Shown: one piece after another, positions 14,344-27,872 of the stretch
Position numbering within the stretch: position 1 is the first letter of the stretch
Layout of the letters: every line of letters begins with the position of its first letter
The notes under the pieces: model-generated
The model's input: the letters and a program-made list of their open reading frames with translations, nothing else
What the model was told of the DNA's origin: nothing
Databases searched by the model: none
Program-made: the position numbers and the translations under genes
NCBI GenBank assembly: GCA_964016885.1
Contig: OZ024753.1
Span: 19,592,001-19,656,000 of the forward strand
Direction: 5' to 3'
DNA from: Eledone cirrhosa
Lineage: Eukaryota
Length of the DNA stretch: 64,000 nucleotides

Positions 14344-16631
14344 ATCCGCAGGGTCCGATGGAAAGCTTACCATTTCGATAAGGGACCGAATACCAACGTA
14401 AGGGAATTTTCCAAGGAGAATTACGGGTTTAAATCCTGCAAAAACCCGCCAAACAACCCCGCACTCGATGCCTTCGAGCTAGACCTTATGAACATGATAA
14501 GTGAAACTAAATTTAAAAAAAGAACAAATCACAACAAATTGCAAAATGACTTAAATACATTACTTAAAAAACTAAAAGACACTAACGGTATCATAGTAAA
14601 AGCAGACAAAACATCAAACGTATACTCTATGGACATTAACACATACAATAACTTTATTCAGCGTGAACTACATAAAAAATATAAAAAACAAATGAATCTA
14701 CACTCACCAGCATTAACATGGAGGGCCTCAAGATAGTTAATAAACTCGGAATTTCAGATAGGACCGAACCGCTAACCCCGTGCAACCCTACATTTAACCT
14801 GAAGTATCACAAAAATAACTTTGAAACTAATCCCACCATTAGATTAATATGCCCATCCAAGTCAGACATAGGTAAAATTAGCAAGAACATTCTAGATAGG
14901 GTAATCGCACAAATAAAGGGTAAACTAGAAATCAATTTATGGGGCAACACTAACGAGGCAATTAAATGGTTCAATAAAATACAAAATAGGGAGACGTGTA
15001 ACTTCATACAATTTGATATAGACGACTATTATGCATCCATATCCCCAGCTACCCTAGATAAGGCGCTTATATTTGCCCAAAATAACTCTGATCTTACCCA
15101 TGATGAAATTGAAATAATAATAGCGGCTAGAAGGACTATCATAAAATTTGAAAATAACTACTGGGTAAGAAAGGATAGAATAAATAGCTTCGATATAACA
15201 ATGGGATCAAATGATTCTGCGCAAATCACAGATATCGTGGGGCTATTCATAGCACACAACCTACATAAGGAATTCAGTAACCTCCAAGGAGGAATTTATA
15301 GGGACGACACGTTACTTATAGCTAGGAACCTAAACAACCAGAGCATGGAAAGACTAAGGAAAAATATTAGAATATTCTTCAAAAAACTAGGCCTAAGTAT
15401 TACCTACGAACTAAACCATAAGAAGGTAAATTTTCTAGATGTAACTCTAAATCTAAATACTGGACTAATAGAACCTTTCCACAAAAATAATGAAAATCTT
15501 GCCTACATTAGTTACAACTCAAATCACCCCAAATCCATAATTAAATCCATAGCACGTAGTATATCCCTCCGAATATCCCGCTTATCCTCAAACCTAGAAA
15601 TCTTTAACGAGCATGCTGACTATTATAATGCAGCATTAAGTAGGGCCGGTCATAAAGATAAACTACAGTATATAGTGAATAAGGACAACATAAACAATCC
15701 TAGTAATTACTACTCCAACCGCTCACATAATAATAGGAATAGCTTGACTAGACATAGGGTTAGACATGTAACAACTGGAGTAAACGGCCAAAACACTAAA
15801 AACGTAAACCCAAGAAACAATGGAAGAAACAGACAAAGAAAATACCTATGGTTCAACCCAATATTCAACTCCTCTATAAAAACTAGACTGCCCTCTACAT
15901 TCTTTAAACTAATAGATAAACACTTCCCTATCTCGCATAGATATCACAAAATACTCAATAGATCTACTATCAAACTCTCATTCTCAACAGCAGCTAACAT
16001 AGAATCACACATACGCAAGATCAACCACAGAAATACCTCTAGTAAATCAATTGCACCTATACATAAGCACAAACTCATCACAACATCACAACCACAAGCG
16101 CATACAAACGCGCAGCAGCAAAACCCCATTGGGCATATATCACAACCCACTTATAACAGAGTACTAAACAGGAATGTAAAAGCTGCACAAAATAGCGCCT
16201 CAAACTGTAACTGTCACCTCCCAGATAGGTGCCCATTGGCGAACAGATGTCTCGATTCGAGCCTGGTGTACATGTGCACTGTCATCTCGGGTAACTCCAC
16301 CTGGAATTACATAGGATCCACCGCGGGTTCTTTTAAGAAAAGATGGTATGTGCACAGGCACTCAATGAAAAACCGTGCACTTATGGGTTCCACAACCCTC
16401 GCCAAAAAAATATGGGAATTGAAGGACAGCAACACTAACTACAGTATCAACTGGTCGAAGTTGTCGGCTTCTAAAACCTATAGTACAGGGATGTCCCATT
16501 GCGGGCTATGTGATCTTGAGCTATTGTATAACCTTAGAAATGTTAAAAGGCTACTTAACAATAAGTTACAAAGATCTATCTTCTGCAGACATAGAATAGC
16601 CACTAAATTCATAAGATTCAAACCTCCGTAA
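14344..16631 (+). CDS. Penelope-like (Naiad-type) reverse transcriptase + GIY-YIG endonuclease, 5'-truncated, one frameshift near 14685
   Basis: Frame from 14344 reads RRVRWKAY..YGFKS..FELDL..VKADKT (ORF 14488-14736), then shifts in an A-run into ORF 14718-16631. That ORF has FDIDDYY, TMGS, GIYRDD, VNFLDV, SNHP, a CNC-x5-C-x5-C linker, LVY...YIG and C-terminal CGLC/CRH. Confidence 0.93.
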
Positions 16632-16959
16632 ATCGAACCAACATAACATAGCTTTAAATTAGGATACCAACTACCCACAGAAATATATTGATTAAGTATA
16701 CTATATACTTCACAAGTCTATACCACACAATTGTCTGTAAGTACCTCATCTACCAACAATCTTACTCCTTCTCAGCTGCTGCCATCATTTGATCCTAAAT
16801 CCTAGTTTTTCTCATTTCACTACTACAATGTTACTTTACCTTCTTTTTGCCATAATTACAATTAGCACGCTTATCTCTTTGCATGTATGTATATTTTTGT
16901 ACGAGTGTATATTGATGTGTATGTATGTGTCTATGTACACGTGCATGTGTATATATGTG

Positions 16960-17072
<113 letters not shown>

Positions 17073-17454
17073 GTAAATATATGCGTATATTAATTCGTTA
17101 ACCTCTGTATTAACTCAACAACTATTTAGCTTTGACAGTGGTCCCACTCATTTATACTGTTGAAGATGAAGAGAAAGACTGTAAAAACTAGCTTATCTTT
17201 ATAATTTAAAATTGATATACACTACGATACTTTGTACATGCCAACGCTTCATTTTGCCTTATGACAGCTAGTTTTACACGCCGTAACATTAGATACATTA
17301 TATACCCCCCACCTAAGTAATGTCAGGGTCTCCTTAAATAATTTATTGATAGCATTGTTGTAATTGTTGTTATTGTTCTGATTGAATGCCATTACTACTT
17401 CATATAGTAGCCTGTATTTTCTTTTCTTTTCTTGCCTGTGTATTTTCTTCATTC

Positions 17455-17573
17455 TCTCATGCTCCGAAGATCTGACTGGTTATAATTCTGTATTGGCGAT
17501 CGAGTAACGCAAAATTAAGCGAATACCGATCTCTAGACATACCAGTTCAGTGAAACAAATGTAAGCTATGAGA
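17455..17573 (+). ncRNA. Variant hammerhead (core CCGAAGA, branched stem II) in the Naiad pLTR; inverted copy 13536-13654
   Basis: tctcat-gct CCGAAGA t-ctgactggt...accagttcag-t GAAA caaatg TA agc-t-atgaga. Confidence 0.6.
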
Positions 17574-17791
17574 TTAAAAACTTTTTTGTATAGCAAACCA
17601 TGTAAACCTTCTTTCCTGATTTATTATTACTCCAAGTGTTTACAACATAGGAATTACGGCATACCCGCAGCATCACTATGAAAACGCCTTGTTGAGTCAA
17701 ACCAAGCCAAGCGTTAATATCATCCATTACCTGGAATACCATAACTGGACTTCACCTAAGTGGACTGCATTTAACTATTATTTGTTAATCC

Positions 17792-17823
<32 letters not shown>

Positions 17824-17888
17824 TTCGTTTCTGAATCTGTTTAGAAACATGACCCTCCCAAAGTATAACAATATATATATATATATAT

Positions 17889-17945
17889 AAATGTAAGTAT
17901 GTATGTATACGTACATACATATATGTATACAGACGTACAGTAGCA

Positions 17946-17999
<54 letters not shown>

Positions 18000-18447
18000 T
18001 ACACATATGCATACAGGTACACATACATATATGCACGCATCAGTTTAGCCGACGTTTATTTTAACGCCTGCTTTGTTCGTTTGTTTGTCAACAAACCGAA
18101 CAGCCTGAATTTATGCCATACGGTGTGAAGGCAACCACGTCACCTTTTTGCTCAACACTGACACAGGAACGATGTACTAGTTTCAAGCTTGTTAGCTATC
18201 ATCAGCACCGTTTACCCATCTGCCAGATAGTTGAACTTTCGAATGTATATACTTTCCTTATGAAAATTAACGGCTGAGCAGCCTAATTTGCATATTGAGT
18301 GAGTTAAATCGGTCAGGCATACCGAAAACGATAAGTTGAACAAAAATGAAAACGAAATTTCATTTCTCACTCTTAGTATGGCACTTACTTAAATGTAAGT
18401 ATGTATGTATACGTACATACATATATGTATACAGACGTACAGTAGCA

Positions 18448-18521
<74 letters not shown>

Positions 18522-18739
18522 TACACATATGCATACAGGTACACATACATATATGCACGCATCAGTTTAGCCGACGTTTATTATAACGCCTGCTTTGTTC
18601 GTTTGTTTGTCAACACCGTATGGCATAAATTCAGGCTGTTCGATTTGTTGACAAACAAACGAACAAAGCAGGCGTTATAATAAACGTCGGCTAAACTGAT
18701 GCGTGCATATATGTATGTGCACCTGTATGCATATGTGTA

Positions 18740-18780
<41 letters not shown>

Positions 18781-18893
18781 GCTGCTGTACGTCTGTATAC
18801 ATATATGTATGTACGTATACATACATACTTACATTTAAGTAAGTGCCATACTAAGAGTGAGAAATGAAATTTCGTTTTCATTTTTTTTCAACT
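17889..18893 (-). mobile_element. Non-coding hammerhead-bearing ~500-bp unit in partial tandem with an inverted segment (retrozyme/pLTR-like)
   Basis: AAATGTAAGTATG recurs at 17889 and 18391, and 18613-18893 is the inverted copy. Hammerhead at 18170-18210 on the - strand. Confidence 0.75.
18170..18210 (-). ncRNA. Minimal type-I hammerhead ribozyme
   Basis: Identical to the 38103-38143 motif, on the - strand. Confidence 0.9.
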
Positions 18894-18906
18894 TATATAT
18901 ATATAC

Positions 18907-19081
<175 letters not shown>

Positions 19082-19290
19082 GTGAAGGCGTGTGGCTGAG
19101 TAGTTAGGGAATTAGATTCGCAATCTTGAGATTCTGAGTTCGATTCCTGGACCGGGCGATGCGTTATATCCTTGAGAAAGACACTTTATTACACGTTGCT
19201 CCTTCTACTTCTACCTGGAGTTGCCACCGATAGATAGTACTAGCAACTGGAAAGACCAACGGAAACATTGTTTCCTAAGTCCTATTTGAC
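19082..19290 (+). mobile_element. tRNA-derived SINE family B
   Basis: A-box TGGCTGAGTAG, B-box GAGTTCGATTCC, then tccttgagaaagacacttt. Second copy at 50131-50325. Confidence 0.8.
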
Positions 19291-20513
19291 GAAAGTCGAT
19301 CGATCCTTTATATATACACGTTATAAACAACTAAACGCGAATTAAGTAAACTTGTTGTTTATACAGACAGCCACAGATAATACAGCATCGCTGGAATCAG
19401 TTTTTCTTCCCTCAATTATATTTCAGAATTTATAGACTCGCTAAATCCATCAACGTTTACCTGACTTGTAATTATAGAGGACAGTTTAACCACCTGAAAA
19501 ACCTAAACGATTATCTTTTCGTATTTATACACAGTCAGTATTTTAAATAGATTTAAACGAACAAATAAACATCTAAGCGATTAGTGTATTAGGTTTTATT
19601 GAATTTCACAAAGTTTTGTTTAAAGGGAAAGATGTTATTCGGACGTCTAGACGATGGTAAAATGGCGGAATGTTTGATTAATAAGCGTGATATTGACGTA
19701 GGTACGATTCAGAAAAATTAATGTGAAATAAAGATAAATGAACATGAATGATCTTTGACGGTTGTTTACAAAAGCTACTGGAACATAGACACGACCGAAG
19801 CAGCATATGTGGTCAGAGACAAAACTTTTATTCGTGTTTCAATATAAAATAGATATCCTGATATTCATTATTTTATTCAAATTAGACGAATCTTTCCCAT
19901 GTGTTGACAACCTTAGGAATTCTGTTTAATTAGATATGAAATTGTCGTGTAAAACAGTCAGAAATGTTCTGTTCTTCGTATATTGAGGGGAAAGTATTTG
20001 GAGTTTTCATTAATTGGTCGTTAGAGGTGCACAACCTATGGTCGTTAGATGTGCACACCCTATAGTCGGAAGAAGCGCAGAGCCTATAGTCGGAGGTAGT
20101 TCACAGCCTGTGGTTGTATGAAGCCTATGTATATTTCAGTACCCCGTCCTACACAGATATGTTAGCACGATGTAGTTTTATTCTGCAAGGAAATCAACGT
20201 AGGTACAATCAAGTCTGAAAGAAACACATATATTTAGTACAGAATTTGTGACAGACAAAGGAATACGGACAACCGAGAGAGTTGACAATTGTATAACTGT
20301 AATCGTAACTTGTTTATAAATATGTTTTACACTCAGCCAGAAAATCTTGTAGATAAACCACGACGTCTGTGAGTTTATCGGCACAGTGTTTGTATTTGAC
20401 CAGTGAACGCGGCTTGGAGAAATTACGTTACCAGATTACAATAAAGTCCTGGGAAATCTTAATTGTCTTTCTGTGTAATATTTGCCCTCTGGTTAATAAC
20501 TCTCCAAATCTCA

Positions 20514-21138
20514 TCTATATAATACTAATAGTCTGTTATTGCTTGCTTATCTGTAACGTAATACAGCCAAAATGGCGCATAATGGGAAAATATTTTAAAA
20601 GGAAGTTGACGCTGAAATGGGAATACAACTGAAATAAAACAAGTTTCGCGTAAATCGAAACACGGGTTCGCGAAATATGGGGTTTTTCCGGGTACCTTCA
20701 TAAATAGAGAGAGGGAGAAAGATAGAGAGAAAGGGAAAATAGAGAGAAAGAGATAGTGGTTGTGAGAGAGTAAATTGAAAGAGAGACATAGAGAGAGGAG
20801 AAAGGAAAGAGATTGTAAAAGAGTGAGCTGGTGGTGGTGGTGTATATATATATATAATATATATGAGTGTGTGCATATATGAGTGTGTATGTGTGTGTGT
20901 GTCTATGACCGGTGTATATAGATCACAGACACCTACATACACACACACACACACACATATATATATATGTATAGAAACACACATTCATATATATATATAT
21001 ATGGGCCTTCCAGTTTCATTTCACATTATATACATGTCTGTGTATATTCTAATTATTTAAAAATTATTTTTAAGTGAACATGATTTTAAAAAAACTATTT
21101 TGATGTGACCGTGACCCAACGGGCCACGGGTGGTCTAG
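20514..21138 (+). mobile_element. Non-autonomous Helitron
   Basis: A|TCTATATAATACTAA start; ccgtgaccc-aac-gggccacgg hairpin, then CTAG|T. Confidence 0.75.
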
Positions 21139-21719
21139 TCTCATCTAAAACCTGCAGTAATTCACTTTTCAAGAAAAGACACCATCCTGCGACAGATAAT
21201 AAATTTGTTCAATTCTTTTTTGGTCTCCAGGTTATTTAAGATATTGATTCTATTCGGTGCTGAGAAACAAGTCTATAAATCTCAGGACATTCGTCTCTTC
21301 AGTCTTTTGATGTTTCGACCTAAGGGAATATAGTCTCGTATGACAATCTTGGTTAATATTCTGTAGAAACCATAGGTCTTAATGTGTGTTGTTAGATCGT
21401 TAATGTGTTTTTGGCACGTAGTATGAGCACCAGTCATAATTCAGTTTGATATATTGTATGAGCATGTGACCTTCCCTGGGAGTGACCTTTATATCAATAT
21501 ATACAAATAATAGTCAGTTATACTCAGTTAAAAGACCGAACCTTAACACAGGTATACATTCGTAATTATCTATGGAGCAGATTTTCATGTGCGGGGTGTG
21601 GAATATTTAAAAACTTCAGTATATAATTACTAAGCAAAATCGCGGAGGTTGTTTAATCTGTTAAACTCCAGAGATACCTCATTACAATCCTTCATTTCTT
21701 GAGGTTACTGTTTCCTATA

Positions 21720-22132
21720 CGAGGGCTGGCTGAAGGTTCATAGGCTGACCAAAAACAATTAATGCTAGAGCTGTGAAATCTTGAATGCATTAATATCAAC
21801 ACTTCTTATTAGGAACTGCATTACTTTTTCCTAGGGAATATGTTGAAAATATACATCATTTGGTCTTTCCATGAGAGTATCTTAGTCACCCACGTACATG
21901 GATTGATTTACAGTCTGTCTCTATGGTGATTGTTCGTAAGAAGGTACAAGTTCAAATCCTGCCGAGGTTAGCTTTGCCTTTCATCCTTACGGGGTCGATA
22001 AAATAAAGTACCCGTAATGCACTGGGATAATTGCTGGCCTTGTGTCAACAATAGAACAATGATTAAAAAGAGTAGAAATTAATGCACGTAATTTTTCAGA
22101 GCTCAGCCTATGGACGTTTCATCCAACTCTCG
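21720..22132. mobile_element. Mariner-type MITE with TA target duplication, interrupted by a SINE fragment (21948-22060)
   Basis: TA|CGAGGGCTGGCTGAAGGTTCATAGGCTGA matches the reverse complement of the right end, TA|CGAGAGTTGGATGAAACGTCCATAGGCTGA. Confidence 0.75.
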
Positions 22133-22225
22133 TAATGTATATTGGTCAGGTGAACCAAGTGCTAATGACGTCAGTAGTGAGGTTAAATGCTGATGTATAT
22201 AATTGTTGCACACACATTACACTTT

Positions 22226-23331
22226 GAAGATAACACCGTTGTTATATAAAGACGGTAATATGGAAGATAACACCGTTGTTATATAAAGACGGTGACATGG
22301 AAGATAACACTATTCTTATATAAAGACGGTGACATGGAAGATAACACTATTCTTATATAAAGACGGTAACATGGAAGATAACACCGTTGTTATATAAAGA
22401 CGGTGACATGGAAGATAACACTATTCTTATATAGAGAGGGTAACATGGAAGATAACACCGTTGTTATATAAAGACGGTGACATGGAAGATAACACTATTC
22501 TTATATAAAGACGGTAATATGGAAGATAACACTATTCTTATATAAAGACGGTAACATGGAAGATAACACCGTTGTTATATAAAGACGGTGAGATGGAAGA
22601 TAACACCGTTGTTATATAAAGACGGTAAAATGGAAGATAACACCGTTGTTATATAAAGACGGTGACATGGAAGATAACACCGTGTTATATAAAGACGGTA
22701 ATATGGAAGATAACACCGTTCTTATATAAAGACGGTAACATGGAAGATAACACCGTTGTTATATAAAGACGGTGACATGGAAGATAACACCGTTGTTATA
22801 TAAAGACGGTGACATGGAAGATAACACCGTTCTTATATAAAGACGGTGACATGGAAGATAACACCGTTGTTATATAAAGACGGTGACATGGAAGATAACA
22901 CCGTTGCTATATAAAGACGGTAAAATGGAAGATAACACCATTGTTATATAAAGACGGTGACATGGAAGATAACACCGTTGTTATATAACGACGGTAATAT
23001 GGAAGATAACACCGTTGTTATATAAAGACGGTGACATGGAAGATAACACCGTTGTTATATAAAGACGGTAATATGGAAGATAACACCGTTCTTATATAAA
23101 GACGGTAACATGGAAGATAACACCGTTCTTATATAAAGACGGTAACATGGAAGATAACACCGTTGTTATATAAAGACGGTGACATGGAAGATAACACCGT
23201 TGTTATATAAAGACGGTAACATGGAAGATAACACCGTTCTTATATAAAGACGGTAACATGGAAGATAACACCGTTGTTATATAAAGACGGTGACATGGAA
23301 GATAACACCGTTGCTATATAAATACGGTGAC
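22226..23331. repeat. 37-bp minisatellite, ~30 copies
   Basis: Unit GGAAGATAACACCGTTGTTATATAAAGACGGTGACAT, head-to-tail. Confidence 0.95.
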
Positions 23332-24207
23332 AGTGATATTTATGATTCTTAAAACTCTATCTTATGTTAGCCATATCGAAGAATATGCATAGAAATATTA
23401 TATTAAATATAGCGTGTCGTGGCTGGACATTTATATGTTGTATATAATGTGTCAACAGTTGTTCACTATCTATGTATACTTCTACACCCTTTTCAAACAC
23501 CCACTTTATACTTGGATTTGGGGGCATCTGTGGTTTACATATATATAAGCACTTGTACGTACATATATGTATATACACACCTGTATGGATTTGTGTGTGT
23601 AGAGGTGTGTGTGCACCTGAGGGGGTAGGTGTGAGTGTATGTACAAGTCAACCAAAATAAGTCTTTTTATTTCTAAAATTTCTAAACTTTCTAAGTATTT
23701 GACTCTAACCATAATTTTCAGTATTACCACCACACATTAATTCCTTAATTTATATGTGTGGATGTGTGTGCGTGTCTGTCGGGATGGGTGTGAGTGTATG
23801 TGCAAGTCAACCAACATAAGCCTTGTTATATGTAAATTTTCTAGTATTCTATTCTAACCATAATTTTCAGTAGCACCACTCCACATAAATACCTCAATTT
23901 GAGAATGACCTGTAGTATCGAATTTCATACTATAAAACTCAATTGAATATATATCTGACCAGGAATACTTTTTGTGAAAATCAGTCATAAGGAACTATTG
24001 TCATCGTGCCTGACGGTTTGAACTTTACAACACCACCTGCCTCTTTGAGGTCAAATACCAACCCTACTAACATCTACAAACTGACCAATGAGAATTAAGA
24101 CTATTCCTGCTGACAACATTAAATTATTCCTAACAAGCTCATATGACCCAAGGCTCTGATACCATCAACACCATAAGCACAGAGCTGGCATATCTAAGAA
24201 CTGACTA

Positions 24208-24263
24208 ACTGCCTGATGAGGTCATAGCCATTCAATGGCTATCGTCGAAATATATATAGCAGT
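24208..24263 (+). ncRNA. Type-I hammerhead ribozyme
   Basis: actgc CTGATGA ggtc-atagccatt-c-aatggctat-cgtc GAAA tatata TA gcagt, followed by AATAAA. Confidence 0.85.
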
Positions 24264-24302
24264 AAATAAAGGATTATGAGTTCATGCAATTGACTTGTTT
24301 CG

Positions 24303-24339
<37 letters not shown>

Positions 24340-24450
24340 TAAATCATGTCCTTAGAATTATTAGATAAAATATATACTTTTTCCTCTTCTAATTAGCATA
24401 ATTAACCAAATAAAAAATCAATTAGACCATAACTTTATGTATATGTAAAC

Positions 24451-24544
<94 letters not shown>

Positions 24545-24655
24545 TAAATCATGTCCTTAGAATTATTAGATAAAATATATACTATTTCCTCTTCTAATTA
24601 GCATAATTAACCATATAAAAAATCAATTAGACCATAACTTTATGTATATGTAAAC

Positions 24656-24698
<43 letters not shown>

Positions 24699-24978
24699 CA
24701 TGTGTGTGTGTGTGTGTGTGTGTGTCGGATGGTAGCTAAGATGGTTCCATAGGCGGTATTCCGGTTGAGCACTCTATGCTCTTACAGAGCAGAGTATGAT
24801 AGAATAGAAAACGAAAAAACAGAGATGCATCTGAACTCAATTTATTAGACGTGTCAGTCGAACCTGCGGGTCCAGAATGAGACAGATCCACACAATGATC
24901 GCGTCTCGAGCTGTCCGCCGGCGAAACAATTGTAACACACAATAAATTAAGTTCAGATGCAACACGGATTTTTCGTTT

Positions 24979-25031
<53 letters not shown>

Positions 25032-25318
25032 AGAAAAAAAACACTCAGTGTTGCGACGAATGGAATTTATTGGACATATTACAATCGTTTCTCTGGCGAC
25101 CAGCTCGAGGCACGATCGATTTGATGACCGAAGCTGACTCACGATTAAATCGATCGTGCCTCGAGCTGGTCGCCAGAGAAACGATTGTAATATGTCCAAT
25201 AAATTCCATTCGTCGCAACACTGATTCTTTTTTTTTCTGTGATATCATACTCTGCTCTATGAAAGCATCGAGTGTTCATACGGCCTGCCTCATACGGAGG
25301 CTTTAAGCATCCAACAAC

Positions 25319-25389
<71 letters not shown>

Positions 25390-25545
25390 GTCATAATAAT
25401 AGATTTGAGGACTAAAATCCAAAGAGGGCTCGATAAGGATAAATATATAAAAAATATATAAGAACCGTAGAGCAAATATTTATAACAGATTAAAGTTTAA
25501 AGGTGAAAGCAGCGATTCTTTGCTTAAACTTTAATCTGTTATTTA

Positions 25546-25611
<66 letters not shown>

Positions 25612-26281
25612 GTGTGGGGGGGGGGTGTCTATGTGTCTTTGAAAGAGCACTCATGAAAGGTGATAGTAGATTCAATCCCGGACGATGTCCGGTCGGAGCA
25701 TGTCCGTAGTATCTGAGGAAAATCTATTCTTTCTCGTGCTGTGTTCACAGCAATCACCCGATTATTTGAGGGGCTTGTAGGGTATTTGTAGGTATGCTGC
25801 TCGACTCAAGCTGCACATGGGATGTATAAGGAGCTATATCAAGACTATACAAGCATACATACGTACACATTTAATTACATACATATAAACATGATGCCTG
25901 CAACTCGATTTCGAGTAATGCAATCGCTTTATATTTAAGCATGAGTATCACGGACGTGGCTATTTACTCCTGGTAGGAACATGCCTATGGTCATCAATAC
26001 CAGGCATTGTAATAAATGTCACATATCAACCGATGCCTGTACTTGAAGCTTTTTTAAGTGAAGAAGGGCTTTGCACGGGGCCAATTCCACTCTCTGAACT
26101 TCGTATGCATTTACATCGGTTTAATCACCGACGACCCGAATATGCACCGGTTGTACTGGATTACATGTTACCAGTAACGCTGACGAGCGTCCTGGCACGC
26201 ATACATACATACATACATACATACATACATACATACATACATACATACATACATACATACATACATGCATATATACATACA

Positions 26282-27150
26282 TCCTATTCAATGTTCAAAC
26301 AAGATGAAAGAATTGACCAATTTACAGAAACAGTTGTGCATGGATACTTGAGACGTAAAACACAGACCATAGAGGGGATAAACCACTCAAAAGCCTGGCA
26401 TGGAGTTCCGACAAGTTTATGACATCACACCTTGGGGGATATCTCTATGCGATACCAGAACAAGAACTCCCTACCAAATATCTGCTGCACAAAAGAGGAG
26501 GGACATCAGCTGACAATAAATGTAGGCTATGTAAAACAAAGATCGAGGATGTAAGCCGCATTGTTGCCGGCTGCGAAAGAATGTCATCTCGCTACTACCT
26601 CCCCATGAGACACGATGGGATAGCTAGAACCATCTGGAACGCACTTCGGAAAACAAAATTAACAACAAACGAGGAAGAATATATTGAGACAGGTGGCACT
26701 AAGGAATACTAGTGGAACATGAAAATAAAAACTGCCACCAAATTAAATCACAACCGGCCTGATATTGTTGTTTTTGGACCACATATTGAAAACGTGTTCT
26801 GTTGTGGAGATCAGCTGCCCACTTGATGTAAACGTTGTCAGAAAAATACAGGAGAAGGAGGACATCTACGGGCCATTGATGAGGAGTTTAAAAATCCAGT
26901 ATCCAAGATACACCTTTAGCTTCTTACCCATCAATATTGGAACTACAGGTTATATACCGACCCGCTTGGACCAAAGTATGACTGAACTTGGATTTGCGGG
27001 CAAAAAGCGCAGGCCCTAATCCATAGTCTACAAATGGCTGCGATAGCTGGCACCTTCAACATTTGAAAAACATTCTTGCGATTCAATGGATGACAATTTC
27101 TTTCCTTTTACAACTTTGCCACCAAATATAGACTCGAAATTAAGAGAAAC
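26282..27150 (+). mobile_element. 3' fragment of a related R4/Dong-like RLE LINE
   Basis: AIPEQEL, CRLC..IVAGC, RYYLPMRHD, HNRPDI, VVEISCP. Starts after (TACA)n. Confidence 0.85.
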
Positions 27151-27872
27151 ATATAAACATGCATACATACATCGTGGCCCCCAACTCATTTTCGAGTACG
27201 GCCACTACTTTATATCCATGTAGGAGAACCCCTATCGATGCGCTGAACAAGTGTGACGTTTTAGTCTAGCCAGCGCCTTGAAAACTCTGGTACAAACAAT
27301 AAACTTGTGACAATTATTGACACATAGTGCTGGGCCCATGGTACCATGTGACGACAAGTGCAGAGAGATTTCCAGATATAAACCAATGCCTGTGCTGTGA
27401 CGCCTTTATAGTAAGCAAAGGCACTGCACAAAGCCAGTGCCACTCTCTTAACCAAGATTATATTTACCAAAAAGAAGAACAAGTCAACATCATTGGATAC
27501 CATCAGAGTTGCAGGTGTTATATCAGAGTTTTCCTTCTCCTAGAATTCTGCCTTGACAAAGGCTAAGGGGTCATCTCTCCCGGTGACTTTGGATGGCCAT
27601 TGACGCTTAAGAGCTCCTTTACCCTTTGACAGGTTTTGTTTTTAGTCCTGCAGGATGTCCAAAGTCACCCTCCTCACCAAGTAACGTTGGTGGGGTTGCC
27701 TGTTTCGTCGCCAACGACCGGACCATGAGACAGGTTGTACTGGGATACATGTTACCAGTAGCACCTACATACATACATGCCTACATACATACATGCCTAC
27801 ATACATACATACATACATACATACATACATACATACATACATACATACATACATACATTCCTACATACATAC

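Noticed and set aside
14675-14720. Programmed frameshift in the Naiad ORF
   Set aside because: A single-base loss in an A-run (mutation or sequencing error) explains it, and PLEs normally have one ORF.
22226-23331. CRISPR array (37-bp palindromic repeats)
   Set aside because: Units are directly head-to-tail with no unique spacers, there are no cas genes and the context is eukaryotic. The same applies to the 29-bp and 31-bp arrays.
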